Below are positions 24,748 through 36,956 of a DNA stretch of 64,000 nucleotides, in pieces; positions within the stretch are counted from its first letter, which is position 1; each line of letters begins with the position of its first letter. The DNA is from Candidatus Omnitrophota bacterium (lineage in GTDB: Bacteria > Omnitrophota > Gorgyraeia > S143-82). Position numbers and translations under genes: made by a program. The notes below the pieces were generated by a model. The model saw only the letters and a list, made by a program, of their open reading frames with translations. It ran no database searches and had not been told where the DNA came from. The stretch covers positions 10,431 through 74,430 of the forward strand of contig WGBD01000006.1 of NCBI GenBank assembly GCA_015494465.1, written 5' to 3'.

Positions 24748-26771
24748 TCAGTCCTTCTGCGATAACTACTTCTGAGTTGTACCCCCACATCCGGAAAGGC
24801 CTTTATTCTCATTATAACCCAAAAAGTCGAACTACCGTACTTTTCGTCGCTGTAGGCAACCTCCAACTCCCAACAACCCAGATCCTTTATCACCGCGTAG
24901 GTCTGCTCCTGCATCGCCCCTTCCTCGAACTCGTAGCGATGATAGGTCTCCAGCCTCCATCCCTCCGCCACCTGCCACTTGCACTCAGCGACAGTTTGGG
25001 CCATATCACCCCTGCGATACTGATGGCCTAGCCCCACCTCCAGCGCATCAAAGGGCCTAAACCAGAGATCCACCGATCCGTAACGCCAGTCCCCCTCGTC
25101 GAGTCCATAGCGGTACTCCGCATCCAGCCTCCATCTGTCCGAAGGCCTATAAGTGCCTTCCAAGTCCAGATAATCGAACCAACTACCCCTCTCAGGCCTT
25201 ATGTGGTACATTGCGGACCAGTCAAACTTCAGGACATCCCGCACCGAGCCGTCTTCCCTTTTAACCTGAATCAGGTTCTCCATACCAAAGGAAAGGTCGT
25301 TGGTCCTCTCTATCCCGTCCAGCCAGTCGAACTGCTGGAGCCTCTCTGCCCTCACCGTCGGCCAGGGATTGTAGCGATAGCGTATCCAGGGCCTTACCAC
25401 ATGGCGCACATCGTCGGAGAACAGCTTGTAAAGGCGAGTAGAGAGGTCCAATCCGCAGTAGCCCACACCCCGCCACAGGCCCTCTTCTCCCTCCACATCC
25501 CGGGAATAATAGGTCTGCCGGACACCCACATAAGGAGAGATGTCGATGTGGCCCAGCGAGGCGGTGTAGAGCAGTTGCAGATAACCGTCCACCCTCCAAG
25601 CGGACAGGGCAGAAGAACCGTCGGAGAACCTGCGGGATAGGTTGTCTGCCTGCAAGTCCCCGGAGACATAGAAGTTGTCCAGCAACTTGTGGGAATAAAG
25701 TGTGTACTTCAGCTGGGGCAGATATTCCGTTTCGGTGTAAAAGTGATTCACCCGCTTCTCAAGATATAAGGAGAAAGTGCCTAAAGGATCGTCGCGGGTA
25801 TAAAGGAGGTAGGATATGGGAGTGGGATCGTATTCGTACTCCTCGTTGTAGTAGAAGTCCTTCAGGACATACTTATCGCTGAACTTGTGATACTCCAAGA
25901 CCAGTCTCTGATCATCGTCTATATCCCACTGGTGGATCAACTGAACCTTATACCTGTCCCGCTTGCGCAGGCCTCCCAGATCCTCCAATAGCTCATCGTC
26001 CTTTTCGTGGAGGTAATAGGTGCGCAATATACCACTGCCAAATGCAGTGTGGTAAAACAGATCCGGCCCGAATCCGATCCCTCTCTTCTCCCTCCAGTCC
26101 AGATTGAACTTGGCATCCAGGGAGTCGCTCAAACTCTGCTTAACCGTGGTGAGAACGAAGGCCCCCCAGTCCTCGTCGTGTCCGGGCACTACCTTTATGT
26201 TGGGACGCCGATCGTCCAACCTGTGTACATACTTGGGAAAGTAGAACAATGTGTACCTGCCCACCTTAAACCGGACCTTCTTCGCGACGACCTTCTCCCC
26301 GGGATAGATCTCAACCGACCTGGCCACCAGACGGTAATTCAAAGGATGGGGGCGGGCAGGATCGCAGGTGGTGATGTAACAGCTATCTGCGGAATACTTC
26401 TCCGGACCTTCCCTGCGCAACTCCTCTGCAGAGCCGTAATAAGGTCCTGATGAAAAGTCAGCCTTCAGGATTTTACCTCTCTCGTCGTCGAAGTCGTACT
26501 CCGCATAATCTCCCTGAAGCACCCCTCTGGGTTCCACTATCACGACATGCCCCTTGGCCCGGGCGAGATTCTCTTTGAGGTCCACATCCGCGTAGTCGCA
26601 GTTTATCCTCACATTCTCGTAAGTGACGACCACATGCCCCCGTGCCTCCACGAACCTCCCGCCTTCCTTGTAGGTAATCCTGTCTCCCTTTACCTCTATG
26701 GGCACCTTGGCCTGGGCAAGGCAGGAAAGAGAAAATACTAATGCCAACGCAAGTCCCAGTCTAGACCTCAT
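24744..26771 (-). CDS. lptD: LPS assembly outer-membrane protein LptD family
   Basis: Signal peptide from MRSRLG (GGAGG SD), OstA-like N-domain, YITTC, long aromatic beta-barrel C-terminus. Confidence 0.85.
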   Translation of the reverse strand: MRSRLGLALALVFSLSCLAQAKVPIEVKGDRITYKEGGRFVEARGHVVVTYENVRINCDYADVDLKENLARAKGHVVIVEPRGVLQGDYAEYDFDDERGKILKADFSSGPYYGSAEELRREGPEKYSADSCYITTCDPARPHPLNYRLVARSVEIYPGEKVVAKKVRFKVGRYTLFYFPKYVHRLDDRRPNIKVVPGHDEDWGAFVLTTVKQSLSDSLDAKFNLDWREKRGIGFGPDLFYHTAFGSGILRTYYLHEKDDELLEDLGGLRKRDRYKVQLIHQWDIDDDQRLVLEYHKFSDKYVLKDFYYNEEYEYDPTPISYLLYTRDDPLGTFSLYLEKRVNHFYTETEYLPQLKYTLYSHKLLDNFYVSGDLQADNLSRRFSDGSSALSAWRVDGYLQLLYTASLGHIDISPYVGVRQTYYSRDVEGEEGLWRGVGYCGLDLSTRLYKLFSDDVRHVVRPWIRYRYNPWPTVRAERLQQFDWLDGIERTNDLSFGMENLIQVKREDGSVRDVLKFDWSAMYHIRPERGSWFDYLDLEGTYRPSDRWRLDAEYRYGLDEGDWRYGSVDLWFRPFDALEVGLGHQYRRGDMAQTVAECKWQVAEGWRLETYHRYEFEEGAMQEQTYAVIKDLGCWELEVAYSDEKYGSSTFWVIMRIKAFPDVGVQLRSSYRRRTD

Positions 26772-26785
26772 CCTGCATCCTCCGA

Positions 26786-27442
26786 CTACTTGCCTATCTT
26801 CTCCTTCAAGGCCTCCCAATCCCGCAGAAAGCGCTCTATACCCACATCCGTCAACGGATGCCTGACCAGAAGGGTAAGGGTCTTGAACGGTATCGTGGCT
26901 ATGTCCGCCCCCATCTTGGCCGACAGGAGCACATGTGCTGGATGCCTGACGCTGGCGACGATCACCTCAGTGTCAAAACCGTAATTGTCGTAGATCTCTA
27001 TGATGTCCCGCACCAGTCCCATACCGTCGTGCCCGATGTCGTCCAGCCGTCCCACGAAGGGAGATATGTAGGTCGCCCCTGCCTTTGCTGCCAAGAGCGC
27101 CTGATTCGGGGAAAAGCAGAGGGTAACATTGGTAGGAATCCCCTCCTCGCTCAAGATCCTCACCGCCTTCAAGCCCTCCAGGGTAAGCGGGATCTTTATC
27201 ACTATGTTGTCCGCGATCCTGCGCAGGTCCCGGGCCTCCTTCACCATCCCCTCTGCCTCAAGGGAGATCACCTCCGCACTAACCGGTCCGTCCACCACCG
27301 CGCATATCTTCTCCAACTGCTCTCGGGGATCCTTCCCCTCCTGGGAGAGAAGCGTAGGATTGGTGGTAACGCCGTCCAACAATCCCCACTCCTTGGCCTG
27401 CTTTATCTCCTCGAGATTGGCGGTATCCAAGAATATCCTCAT
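26786..27442 (-). CDS. tal: Transaldolase / fructose-6-phosphate aldolase (small type)
   Basis: IFLDTAN, GVTTNPT, IKIP (Schiff-base Lys), NVTLCFS, SPFVGR; start MRIFLD with AGGAGG SD. Confidence 0.92.
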   Translation of the reverse strand: MRIFLDTANLEEIKQAKEWGLLDGVTTNPTLLSQEGKDPREQLEKICAVVDGPVSAEVISLEAEGMVKEARDLRRIADNIVIKIPLTLEGLKAVRILSEEGIPTNVTLCFSPNQALLAAKAGATYISPFVGRLDDIGHDGMGLVRDIIEIYDNYGFDTEVIVASVRHPAHVLLSAKMGADIATIPFKTLTLLVRHPLTDVGIERFLRDWEALKEKIGK

Positions 27443-27461
27443 AGCCTCCTCCTTGCAAATG

Positions 27462-28661
27462 TCACTCCTCATCCACCGCAAAACCAAATGTAGGCCTGTA
27501 CCCCGTGGGTATCAGTTCCGCATCCCGACTCGGTCTCTGGAATATGTCCCGCACCGAGAGCTTACCATCCTCCTCCAAGACCACCTCGGATATCTGGGCA
27601 ATCCTCCTGCGACCGTCCTTGTACCTCTTCATGAATATCAAGACATCCACCGCCGCACCTATTATCCGCCGAATGGCCTCCGAGGATATGTTGGAGATCC
27701 CGGACAGGAAGGAAAGGGTCTCCAACCTGTAAACCGCCTCCTCAGTGGAATTGGCGTGTATAGTGCACATAGAACCCTCGTGTCCGGTGTTCATCGCCTG
27801 CAGGACATCCAGGACCTCTTCTCCCATGATCTCGCCGATGATCAACCTGTCCGGCCTCATGTGCAAGGCGTTCCTGACCAGTTGTCTCAGTGTCACCTCA
27901 CCTTTACCCTCTATATTTCCCATACGGGTGTGCAGGTGCACCACATTATCCTGATACATCCTTATCTCCGAGACCTCCTCCACCACGATAACCCGTTCGT
28001 CGTGGGGGATGCTCCGGGCAAGGGCATTCAACAGGGTGGTCTTCCCTGCACCCGCACCTCCACAGACGATGATGTTCTTTCTCCCCACCACCAGATTCTC
28101 CAGGAACTTCCTCACCGACTCGTTCATCGTCTCCATCCGCTCCAGATCCGCAAGGCTCCAGACCTTCTCCCAGAACTTCCTTATGGTGACCACCGGATAT
28201 CTTCCCGATATGGGAGGGATCACTATGTTTATGCGCGAGCCGTCCCGCAATTGGGCGTCCACATAGGGCTCCAGTTCGGTAACCATCTTCCCAACCGGGG
28301 TAAGGATCTTCTCTATGTAATACTTCAACTGCTCAGGCGTGCGGAACCTCACATTGGTCTTCTCCAGCTTCCCTGCCCGCTCGACAAAGACATCGTAAGG
28401 CCCGTTGATCATTATCTCAGTAACCAGGGGATCCGCCATTAAGGGCTCGATCGGACCGAAGCCAAGGAATTCCTGGAGGAGCTCCTTGACTATCTTATCC
28501 CCCTCTTTCTTCATCCCCCATGGCAGGAACTTTCGGCAGAGCTCCGCTATTTTCTTTTCGATCGTCTCGTCGTCGTTTACCTCAAAGAAGTCAACCGGCA
28601 AGGAATCCAGGATCTTTCTCCGGATGTCGTTCTTTATCCTATCAAATTCCTCTGGGGTCAT
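27462..28661 (-). CDS. CpaF/TadA family secretion ATPase
   Basis: [60 protein letters not shown]. Confidence 0.92.
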   Translation of the reverse strand: MTPEEFDRIKNDIRRKILDSLPVDFFEVNDDETIEKKIAELCRKFLPWGMKKEGDKIVKELLQEFLGFGPIEPLMADPLVTEIMINGPYDVFVERAGKLEKTNVRFRTPEQLKYYIEKILTPVGKMVTELEPYVDAQLRDGSRINIVIPPISGRYPVVTIRKFWEKVWSLADLERMETMNESVRKFLENLVVGRKNIIVCGGAGAGKTTLLNALARSIPHDERVIVVEEVSEIRMYQDNVVHLHTRMGNIEGKGEVTLRQLVRNALHMRPDRLIIGEIMGEEVLDVLQAMNTGHEGSMCTIHANSTEEAVYRLETLSFLSGISNISSEAIRRIIGAAVDVLIFMKRYKDGRRRIAQISEVVLEEDGKLSVRDIFQRPSRDAELIPTGYRPTFGFAVDEE

Positions 28662-28667
28662 CGCACC

Positions 28668-29750
28668 TCACCTCCGATTCTGGTTTGGCGATATCAATTT
28701 TAACACAAGATCCACATCCACCTCAGAAACTACTACCGAGCCTATCCGTCTCACCAACACGAATCGGGCCTCTCCCTCGGAGAACTTCTTGTCCTTCTGG
28801 AGAAACCTGCCCACTCGCCTCACCCCTCCGAGTCTCGAGAGATCCACCTCGGTAGGCAATCTCCAGGCCCGTATCACATCCCTTAACCTCCTAAAGGTGG
28901 TCTCCCCACAGAGGCCCAATTCCCGCGACAGCCTCCCCGCATAAACCATACCTATAGCGACCGCCCTGCCGTGAGATATCCTGTGCCCGCTGGCGGATTC
29001 CAAGGCGTGGGCAAAGGTATGACCGAAGTTCAGGATAAAACGCAATCCCCTGGTCTCCCTCTCGTCCCGGGAGACGACATCCGCCTTTATCTTAGCGCAG
29101 GAATAGACGAAGTACTCCCAGTCCAGGTCTTTATAGTCCCCGGCCCGCTCCTCCAGATAGGAAAACAGACGCGGGGAGCGTATCACCCCGTACTTTATGC
29201 CCTCAGCAATCCCCTCCTTTACCTGCTCCTCGGGAAGGGTCCTCAGGAACCTGGTATCTATGACCACCTCACAGGGTTGATGGTATACCCCAACCAGATT
29301 CTTCCCGCTGGTGAGATTTATAGCGGTTTTTCCCCCAATGGAAGAATCTATCTGGGCCAGGAGACTGGTCGGCACCTGTATTATCGGCACGCCCCTGCGA
29401 TAGGTCCCAGCAAGGAATCCCGCCAGATCACCCACCACCCCTCCACCTATGGCGATAATCACCACCGATCGCCGGGCGCTGTCCAAGGAAGATACCTCTT
29501 CCACCAGTCGGGTAAATACCTTTACATCCTTGGCCCGCTCTGAATCCGGCACGGTTAACAGGCGGGCGGAGATGCGATCCACCAACCTGTTGATCTCTTT
29601 CCCCCACAATCTGAGTACAGTGGGGTTGGTTACGATCACTGGAAGTCGACCGGAAAACCTCTTATATGCCTCCACCACCTTGGAGGGGAAGGTGCCGGAT
29701 CCCACGACTATCCTGTAAGGAGAAGATGTCCTTACCTCTATCGTCTTCAC
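28668..29750 (-). CDS. aroB: 3-dehydroquinate synthase
   Basis: GGGVVGDLAGF, PTSLLAQIDSSIGGKT, LNFGHTFAHALE, HG.AV. Confidence 0.96.
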   Translation of the reverse strand: MKTIEVRTSSPYRIVVGSGTFPSKVVEAYKRFSGRLPVIVTNPTVLRLWGKEINRLVDRISARLLTVPDSERAKDVKVFTRLVEEVSSLDSARRSVVIIAIGGGVVGDLAGFLAGTYRRGVPIIQVPTSLLAQIDSSIGGKTAINLTSGKNLVGVYHQPCEVVIDTRFLRTLPEEQVKEGIAEGIKYGVIRSPRLFSYLEERAGDYKDLDWEYFVYSCAKIKADVVSRDERETRGLRFILNFGHTFAHALESASGHRISHGRAVAIGMVYAGRLSRELGLCGETTFRRLRDVIRAWRLPTEVDLSRLGGVRRVGRFLQKDKKFSEGEARFVLVRRIGSVVVSEVDVDLVLKLISPNQNRR

Positions 29751-31078
29751 CGCGACCTCTCCGTCCTGACCGGCCAGACCTCTTCCAGTTTCAGGTCCTT
29801 CTTAAAGGGACATATCACATTCGCAAATCCTACCCTCTTTGCCTCTCTTATCCTCTGCTCCAGTCGAGAGACCGGCCTTATCTCTCCGGTTAGGCCTATC
29901 TCCCCTATCGCCACCGTGCGGGGAGGGAGGGGTTCTCCCTTTAACGACGACAACATCGCCAACGCCACCGCCAGATCCAACCCGGGATCTTTTATCCTTA
30001 TCCCGCCCATCACGCTAACGAAGACATCGTATTCGTAAAATCTGTAGTTCAACCGCCTCTCCAGGACCGCCAAAATGAGCGATAACCTGTTGGGATCTAT
30101 CCCCTGCGACCTGCGCATAGGCACGCCGAAGCCCGAGGTCGGGGTGACTAGGGCCTGAACCTCCACCAGAAACGGGCGGGCTCCCTCCACTACCGCCCCT
30201 ATCGCAACGCCTGACTCCCCGGGATTATAGTGGGAGACGAAAAACTCCGAGGGATTTGGCACCTCCCTTAGGCCCATCCCCGTCATCTCGAAGACCGCCA
30301 ACTCCCCCGCAGGGCCGAACCGGTTCTTGACACTCCTCAATATTCTGAAGTCCTCGTACCTGTCACCCTCAAAGTACAGGACTACATCCACGAGGTGCTC
30401 CAGAGTGCGTGGACCCGCCAAAACTCCTTCCTTGGTAACATGGCCGATGATCAAAACCGTCTTTCCCTCTTCTTTGGCGTATCTGGTGAGCCTGCTTGCG
30501 CACTCCCGCACCTGAGAGACGCTACCCGGGGCAGACTGTACCTCGGGCAGATAGACCGTCTGGATGGAATCCAATATCACCACATCCGGATTGACCCCTC
30601 TTGTCCCGCTGAGGATGGCCTCCAGATCGGTCTCTGACAGGAGAAAAAGGTCCTCGTCGAGGGCGGACATCCTCTCCGCCCGGAGGCGTATCTGTGCGGG
30701 CGATTCCTCCCCACTGGCATACAAGACCCGCCGGCCACTCTTCGCCAGGGCCTTGCCTATCTGTAGGGAAAGCGTGGACTTTCCTATCCCCGGCTCTCCA
30801 CCCAGAAGGACCACCGAACCAATCACCAGACCGCCACCGAGAACTTCGTCCAACGAAGAGATCCCCGTAGAGACCCTCAATCCCTCGGAGGTCTCTACCT
30901 CAGTGATGGGGCGGGGACGGGCCGGTCGGGATTGGACAGCACCTATGCGGGCAGAAGGGACCACCAACTCCTCCGCGAAGCTGTTCCAGGCACCACAGCC
31001 TGGGCACTTGCCCAGCCACCTTATCGACCTGTATCCGCACTCCTGACAGACGAAGGCGGTCTTGGCAGTAGGCATCAC
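29747..31078 (-). CDS. radA: DNA repair protein RadA/Sms
   Basis: C4 zinc finger, GGEPGIGKST, KNRFG, Lon-like C-terminal domain. Confidence 0.97.
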   Translation of the reverse strand: MMPTAKTAFVCQECGYRSIRWLGKCPGCGAWNSFAEELVVPSARIGAVQSRPARPRPITEVETSEGLRVSTGISSLDEVLGGGLVIGSVVLLGGEPGIGKSTLSLQIGKALAKSGRRVLYASGEESPAQIRLRAERMSALDEDLFLLSETDLEAILSGTRGVNPDVVILDSIQTVYLPEVQSAPGSVSQVRECASRLTRYAKEEGKTVLIIGHVTKEGVLAGPRTLEHLVDVVLYFEGDRYEDFRILRSVKNRFGPAGELAVFEMTGMGLREVPNPSEFFVSHYNPGESGVAIGAVVEGARPFLVEVQALVTPTSGFGVPMRRSQGIDPNRLSLILAVLERRLNYRFYEYDVFVSVMGGIRIKDPGLDLAVALAMLSSLKGEPLPPRTVAIGEIGLTGEIRPVSRLEQRIREAKRVGFANVICPFKKDLKLEEVWPVRTERSR

Positions 31079-31854
31079 CTCTTCCTCTTCTTTGGACTGC
31101 GTTCACGGGTCCTGATGAACAACTTCCACGGATGCCTACGGATGTCGTCCATCAGGGCATTGAGTTTACGGTTGAGGTCGTAAGCGGTAATCTCGAGCAG
31201 GATGTACAGGGTATCGTCGTAAATGAACTTGCCGAGGCTACCCTCACCGCTCTTTACCGCAGAGAGTATCTCCTGCACATCCTTCAGGGTCCTGCTCAAT
31301 TCCTCCGAGGCCTGCCCGAAGTTCTCCACCGAATCCTTGACCGTCGCTATAAGCTGTTTATCACCTATGAGCTCGTTAAAGGTGGCAAGTCCTTTGCGTA
31401 TCTCCCGGGCGATCCCCTTGCCCTCCTCTATCAGGTCCTGCAGGTCCGTCTCCTTTTGGCCGTAGAGGATGTCCCCAGGATGGACCATACGGTCGTAGTT
31501 GATACCTGGGGTTATCTCTACTCCCTTGTCTCCCAACAGGCCAATGGATATTATCTCCACTTTGGAGTCCACCGGAAAGTGCACATCCGAATCTATGTAG
31601 GCGTAAACCTCCACCTGCGAGGTCTTCTTCTCGGTATCGTAGACGACCTTTACCTCCTTTACCGTTCCCACATTCACCCCTGCCAGACGGACCGGAGAGC
31701 CTATCTTCAACCCGCTCACATTAGGGAATACGAACTCCACATAGTAGCCCTTGTTAAACCAGGAGACATCCCCTGCCTTTAGCACGAACAAGGCAAGCAG
31801 GAATATCCCCAGAAATACGAACGCCCCAACCCGCACCTCAACGCTCTTGGACAT
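31075..31854 (-). CDS. mlaD: MlaD/MCE-domain substrate-binding protein
   Basis: N-terminal TM, GL..GSPVRLAGV.VGTV, GLLGDK, helical tail. Confidence 0.88.
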   Translation of the reverse strand: MSKSVEVRVGAFVFLGIFLLALFVLKAGDVSWFNKGYYVEFVFPNVSGLKIGSPVRLAGVNVGTVKEVKVVYDTEKKTSQVEVYAYIDSDVHFPVDSKVEIISIGLLGDKGVEITPGINYDRMVHPGDILYGQKETDLQDLIEEGKGIAREIRKGLATFNELIGDKQLIATVKDSVENFGQASEELSRTLKDVQEILSAVKSGEGSLGKFIYDDTLYILLEITAYDLNRKLNALMDDIRRHPWKLFIRTRERSPKKRKR

Positions 31855-31865
31855 ACACCCTCCCC

Positions 31866-32603
31866 TCAATCGTAAAATGCCGAGATAAACCTCTTCACCA
31901 CCGGATCGTCGCTGTTGCGCACCTCGTCAGGTCCCCCATCGATTATAAACCGGCCCTCGTGGAGCATGCAAATCCTATCCCCTATCTTGAAGGCGCTGTG
32001 GAGGTCGTGGGTGACCACGATGGCACTCTTGCCCTGAGACTTCAACTTCAAGACCAATTCGTCCATCGCCTTCGCCCGTATGGGATCGAGCCCGGCAGTG
32101 GGCTCGTCGTAGAGCATGAGCTCCGGCTCGTACACCAAGGCCCGGGCGACTGCAACCCGTTTGCGCATCCCCCCGGACAGCTCTGACGGCATCTTCTCCC
32201 CGGCATCCGGTAGGCCAACCAACTCCAAGGCCTCTTTCACCCGCCTTCGGACCTCATCCTCAGGCAGGGCGTACTTCTCCCGCAGGGCAAAGGCGACATT
32301 TTCCTCCACGGTCAAGAAGTCGAACAGGGCCCCGGACTGAAATACCATCCCCATGCGCAGTCTCAAACGATTTTTCTCCCTCTCGCTCACCCCGGACATA
32401 GGCCTACCGAAGACGAGGACCTGCCCCTCGTCAGGCTCCATAAGGCCGACTATGTGCTTGAGGGTAACGCTCTTACCTATCCCCGAACAGCCGATTATCA
32501 CCAAGGTCTGGCCCTTCTCCAGGACCAGATCCACCCCGTCAAGGACCTTGCGACCGTGGAAGGCCTTGCTGACCGATCTTAGTTCCACTATCTTCTCGCC
32601 CAT
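31866..32603 (-). CDS. mlaF: MlaF-type ABC ATPase
   Basis: GCSGIGKS, FQSGALFD, LSGGMRKRVA, YDEPTAGLDP. Confidence 0.92.
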   Translation of the reverse strand: MGEKIVELRSVSKAFHGRKVLDGVDLVLEKGQTLVIIGCSGIGKSVTLKHIVGLMEPDEGQVLVFGRPMSGVSEREKNRLRLRMGMVFQSGALFDFLTVEENVAFALREKYALPEDEVRRRVKEALELVGLPDAGEKMPSELSGGMRKRVAVARALVYEPELMLYDEPTAGLDPIRAKAMDELVLKLKSQGKSAIVVTHDLHSAFKIGDRICMLHEGRFIIDGGPDEVRNSDDPVVKRFISAFYD

Positions 32604-32613
32604 CTCCGGAGCA

Positions 32614-33381
32614 TCAGAATATAAAGTAAAACAGACTGCTCAAGACCCAATCTGCACCAATTATCGCCACGAAGGAGTTCACCACCGAACGCATGGTCGC
32701 AGAGCCGACCCCCTCTGCCCCCCCTTCGGTTATCAGCCCCTCGTGGCAACTTATCATGGATATTATCACCGCGAAGACGACCGACTTGGTAATCGTTATA
32801 ACGATGTCCTTGAGCATAATGGACTCAAATGCGTTCATCAGGTACAGATTGGCAGGGATGGATAGGTTAAACACGCACACATAATACCCACCCATAATCC
32901 CCAACAGATTGGCGATCATCACCAATACCGGAAGGGATATCAGAAAGGCAAGGAACCGCGGGACCACCAGATACTTCACCGGATTCACCGCCAGGGCCCG
33001 CAGGGCGTCTATCTGCTCGGTTATCTTCATGCTCCCGATCTCGGCGGTGACCGCCCCACCCGCCCTGCCCGCCACTATTAAGGCGGTCAACACCGGTCCC
33101 AATTCCCTCACCAGAGACAGGGCAACCAAGGAAGCGATGTACATCTCCGCAGAGACCTTCTCCATCTGATAGGCGGTTTGGATGGCCATAATCATCCCGG
33201 TAAAGAGGGCAACCAGTGAGGCGATGCCAAGGCTGTCTATACCAATACGGACTACCTGTCTGAGGGTATGATTGGCTCTATAGGGAGGGACAAAGGCCCA
33301 GAGAACGGTTTGAGAGAAAAGGATAACCAGTCCCCCGAGATACTCAAACCACGATGAGATCAGATTAAGAAGCCTGCTCAA
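32614..33381 (-). CDS. mlaE: MlaE-type ABC permease
   Basis: [42 protein letters not shown]. Confidence 0.93.
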   Translation of the reverse strand: MSRLLNLISSWFEYLGGLVILFSQTVLWAFVPPYRANHTLRQVVRIGIDSLGIASLVALFTGMIMAIQTAYQMEKVSAEMYIASLVALSLVRELGPVLTALIVAGRAGGAVTAEIGSMKITEQIDALRALAVNPVKYLVVPRFLAFLISLPVLVMIANLLGIMGGYYVCVFNLSIPANLYLMNAFESIMLKDIVITITKSVVFAVIISMISCHEGLITEGGAEGVGSATMRSVVNSFVAIIGADWVLSSLFYFIF

Positions 33382-35842
33382 CCCTCTCCACTTTGTCCTC
33401 GCTAACGGGGAGGAAGGTCAACTCCTCCTTGTCCGGCTCCCGCACCAAACGGACCTTCTTTTTATCCCTAAATGTGCCCTTGATTATCTCTTCCGCAAGG
33501 GGATCTTCGACATACCTCTGGATGGTCCTCTTGAGAGGCCGTGCGCCGTAAACCGGATCGAAGCCCTTCTCTATCAGGAAGTCCAACGCGGAGCGGTCCA
33601 GCTCCAACTCTATCCCGTGCTCCTTCACCCGTTTGAGGACCTCACCTATCTCTATGTAGACGATCTTCTCCAGATCCTCCCGATTGAGAGGTCTGAAGAC
33701 GATTATCTCGTCTATACGATTGATGAACTCCGGTTTGAAGACCTTCTTCACCTCGCTAAGCAACTTCTCCTTTATCTCCTGATAGGTGTACTCCTCTTTG
33801 GGCACATGAAACCCAAGCGAGCCCTGTTTCCTCAACAACTCCGCCCCCACATTGGAGGTCATTATCAGGATGGTATTCCTGAAGTCCACCCTCCGTCCGT
33901 AACTGTCGGTAAGCCTGCCGTCCTCTAAGACCTGCAGGAGGAGGTTAAAGACATCGGGATGGGCCTTCTCTATCTCGTCCAGCAGGACCACCGAGTATGG
34001 GCGCCTGCGCACCTTCTCGGTCAACTGGCCTCCTTCCTCGTAGCCCACATATCCCGGAGGAGCTCCCACCAGTCGGGAGACATTGAACTTCTCCATGTAC
34101 TCGGACATGTCTATCTGTATCAGGGCATCCTCGTCGCCAAACATAAACTCCGCCAAGGCACGGGCCAGCAGGGTCTTGCCGACCCCCGTGGGACCCAAGA
34201 AGATGAACGAACCAATGGGCCTGCGGGGATCCTTTATCCCTGCCCTGGACCTGCGCACCGCCCGGGCAATTGCGGATATCGCCTCGTCCTGACCGACTAC
34301 CCGTTTCTTGAGTTCCTCCTCTATCCTCAGGAGCTTCTCGCTCTCGCTCTCCTCGAGCCTCGTAAGGGGTATCCCGGTCCACTGGGACACCACCTGAGCG
34401 ATGTCCTCGGCAGTGACCTCCACTATGGACTCCGCCCGCTTCTCCTCCCACTGCTTGCGGGCCTCTTCCAGCCTCCTGCGGGCCTCCTTCTCCATGTCCC
34501 GCACCTTCGCTGCCTCTTCAAAGTTTTGCTGGGAGATCAGCTCCTCCTTCTGGGCCTTCAGCCTCTCGACCTCCTTCTCCAGTTCAACTATCTCCTCAGG
34601 AACGGTCATAACCGACAACTTCGCCTTGGCCCCAGCCTCGTCTATAAGATCTATCGCCTTGTCCGGCAGGGCTCTTCCGGTGATGTACTTGTCGGAAAGG
34701 GTCGCCGCTGCCACCAGCGCCTCGTCGGTGTACTTTATGCGGTGGTGCTCCTCGTACTTGCTCCTCAGACCCTTCAATATCTCCACCGTCTCTTCCACCG
34801 AAGGGGGCTCTACGATTATCGTTTGGAATCTGCGCTCTAACGCTGCGTCCTTTTCTATGTACTTCCTGTACTCGTCAAAGGTGGTAGCACCGATGCACTG
34901 TATCTCTCCCCGGGCAAGCGCCGGCTTTAGAATGTTGGAGGCATCGATGGCACCCTCTGCTGCGCCTGCCCCAACGAGGGTGTGCAACTCGTCTATGAAG
35001 ATGATGATGTTCTCCGAGCGCCTTATCTCGTCCATCACCGCCTTGATGCGCTCCTCAAACTGACCGCGGTACTTGGTCCCTGCCACCATCAGGGCAAGGT
35101 CCAGAACTATTATCCGCTTGTTGTGGAGGACCTCTGGGACATTACCTTCCACTATCCTCTGGGCAAGACCCTCAACTATTGCGGTCTTACCCACGCCCGC
35201 CTCACCCAACAAGACCGGGTTGTTCTTGGTCCTGCGGGAGAGAATCTGTATCACCCGCTCTATCTCCTTCTTCCTGCCTATCACCGGGTCGAGTTTGCCT
35301 TCTCTTGCCAGCTGGGTAAGGTCCCGCCCGAAGGCATCCAAGGCAGGGGTCTTGGACTTCTGCTGTCCCCCGGCCTGCTGTTCCCCGGTGGAAGGCCCGG
35401 GGATACCTGCACCCAACAGGTTCATTATCTCCATCCGCACCCGATCGATGTCCAATCCAAAGCCCTGCAGGACCTGGGCAGCGACCCCTTCTCCCTCACG
35501 CATAAGACCAAGGAGAAGGTGTTCGGTGCCGATGTAGTTGTGCCCCATCGCCCGGGCCTCTTCTCCCGCCAATTCCAGCGCCTTCTTGGCCCGGGGCGTA
35601 AAGGGGATGTCTCCTCCCTTGCCGACATCTACGCCGGGCTCTATCAATTTTTCTATCTCCCTGCGCACCTTCTCAAAGCTGACATCCAGCCTGCGCAGGA
35701 CCGCTGCAGCAACCCCCTCGCCCTCCTTCAATATCCCCAAAAGGAGGTGTTCGGTGGCTATGTAATCGTGGTGGAGGCGCCTGGCCTCCTCCTTGGCCAG
35801 GATTATCACCTTTCTGGCCCGTTCAGTAAATCTATTAAACAT
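33365..35842 (-). CDS. clpC: ATP-dependent Clp protease ATP-binding subunit ClpC
   Basis: Two Clp_N repeats, two AAA modules (GEAGVGKT; GPTGVGKT), UVR motif, LGF ClpP-binding loop. Confidence 0.97.
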   Translation of the reverse strand: MFNRFTERARKVIILAKEEARRLHHDYIATEHLLLGILKEGEGVAAAVLRRLDVSFEKVRREIEKLIEPGVDVGKGGDIPFTPRAKKALELAGEEARAMGHNYIGTEHLLLGLMREGEGVAAQVLQGFGLDIDRVRMEIMNLLGAGIPGPSTGEQQAGGQQKSKTPALDAFGRDLTQLAREGKLDPVIGRKKEIERVIQILSRRTKNNPVLLGEAGVGKTAIVEGLAQRIVEGNVPEVLHNKRIIVLDLALMVAGTKYRGQFEERIKAVMDEIRRSENIIIFIDELHTLVGAGAAEGAIDASNILKPALARGEIQCIGATTFDEYRKYIEKDAALERRFQTIIVEPPSVEETVEILKGLRSKYEEHHRIKYTDEALVAAATLSDKYITGRALPDKAIDLIDEAGAKAKLSVMTVPEEIVELEKEVERLKAQKEELISQQNFEEAAKVRDMEKEARRRLEEARKQWEEKRAESIVEVTAEDIAQVVSQWTGIPLTRLEESESEKLLRIEEELKKRVVGQDEAISAIARAVRRSRAGIKDPRRPIGSFIFLGPTGVGKTLLARALAEFMFGDEDALIQIDMSEYMEKFNVSRLVGAPPGYVGYEEGGQLTEKVRRRPYSVVLLDEIEKAHPDVFNLLLQVLEDGRLTDSYGRRVDFRNTILIMTSNVGAELLRKQGSLGFHVPKEEYTYQEIKEKLLSEVKKVFKPEFINRIDEIIVFRPLNREDLEKIVYIEIGEVLKRVKEHGIELELDRSALDFLIEKGFDPVYGARPLKRTIQRYVEDPLAEEIIKGTFRDKKKVRLVREPDKEELTFLPVSEDKVERVEQAS

Positions 35843-36956
35843 TTCCTCTCTCCTCCTGATCCATGTCCGGTTTGATAAAGGTCTGATTCAACCTGTTGCG
35901 AAGGATGTTGGCCCTCTTGATGTCCCTCTGACGGGAAGAAAGCCTCCTTCCGCTTATCTTCTGCAGGTGTGCCGGTTGAATTATTATAAACAAATCGTTT
36001 ATCAATTTCAATTGGACCTCTTTTATTAGGCCCAGATCTATCCCCAGGCGCACCATAGACAGGTACTCCAAGGCCTCCGCACTGTTCATTATCCGGGCGT
36101 TCTTCAACAGGCCGTAGGCCCTCCATATCCTGTCCTCGAGCATTATCCTCGAGGTGCGAATTAACTTTTCCCTTGCGGTCTCCTCCTGCCCGATTATCTG
36201 CTTGGCGATACGGTTGATGTTGCCCAACAACTCGGCCTCAGAATATCCGAGGCAGGACTGATTGGATATCTGAAAGATGTTGCCGAAGGCCTGCGTTCCC
36301 TCCCCGTAAAGCCCTCGGGCGGTGAAGTTGAGCTGGCTTATCGTCTGCAGGACGCGGTTTATCTGCTTGGTAATCACCAAGGCGGGCAGGTGCATCATCA
36401 AAGATCCGCGCATGGCGGTACCGGTGTTGGTGGGACAGGCGGTCAGATACCCCAACTCAGGAGAGAAGGCGAACTCCAGGTGCTCGGACAGTTCCTCGTC
36501 CATCAGGTTTATCTCGTCCCAGGCCTGCTCCAGATCAAAACCCGCCACCAGCACCTGCATCCGGAGGTGATCCTCCTCGTTTACCATTATGGAAACGCCT
36601 TCGTCCGGGGTGATGGCCACCCCCTTCCCCAGCCCGTCCACGGTGTGCTCGTAACTTATGAGGTGCCTCTCCACCAGAAACTGCCTATCCACAGGGGCAA
36701 TCGACTCCATGTCGATGAACCAGCGATCGCGAAAACGATCCAGTCTCTCCAGTGCGGAATATATCTTCTCCCGCGCCTCTACCAGATCCTTGTCCTGGGC
36801 CCGGTGGGGAAACGGGTAGTTTGAAAGGTTCCTTGCCAGCCTTATCCGACTGGATATCACTATGTCCGATCTAGGCCCCGGGGCCAGCCACCTGCTCTGG
36901 TGGTGCAGGAGGTAGTCTATTATGTCCTTTGGATCCACCCTCGGTTCCAGATTCAT
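35835..36956 (-). CDS. mcsB: Protein-arginine kinase
   Basis: [31 protein letters not shown]; located between mcsA and clpC. Confidence 0.95.
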   Translation of the reverse strand: MNLEPRVDPKDIIDYLLHHQSRWLAPGPRSDIVISSRIRLARNLSNYPFPHRAQDKDLVEAREKIYSALERLDRFRDRWFIDMESIAPVDRQFLVERHLISYEHTVDGLGKGVAITPDEGVSIMVNEEDHLRMQVLVAGFDLEQAWDEINLMDEELSEHLEFAFSPELGYLTACPTNTGTAMRGSLMMHLPALVITKQINRVLQTISQLNFTARGLYGEGTQAFGNIFQISNQSCLGYSEAELLGNINRIAKQIIGQEETAREKLIRTSRIMLEDRIWRAYGLLKNARIMNSAEALEYLSMVRLGIDLGLIKEVQLKLINDLFIIIQPAHLQKISGRRLSSRQRDIKRANILRNRLNQTFIKPDMDQEERGNV

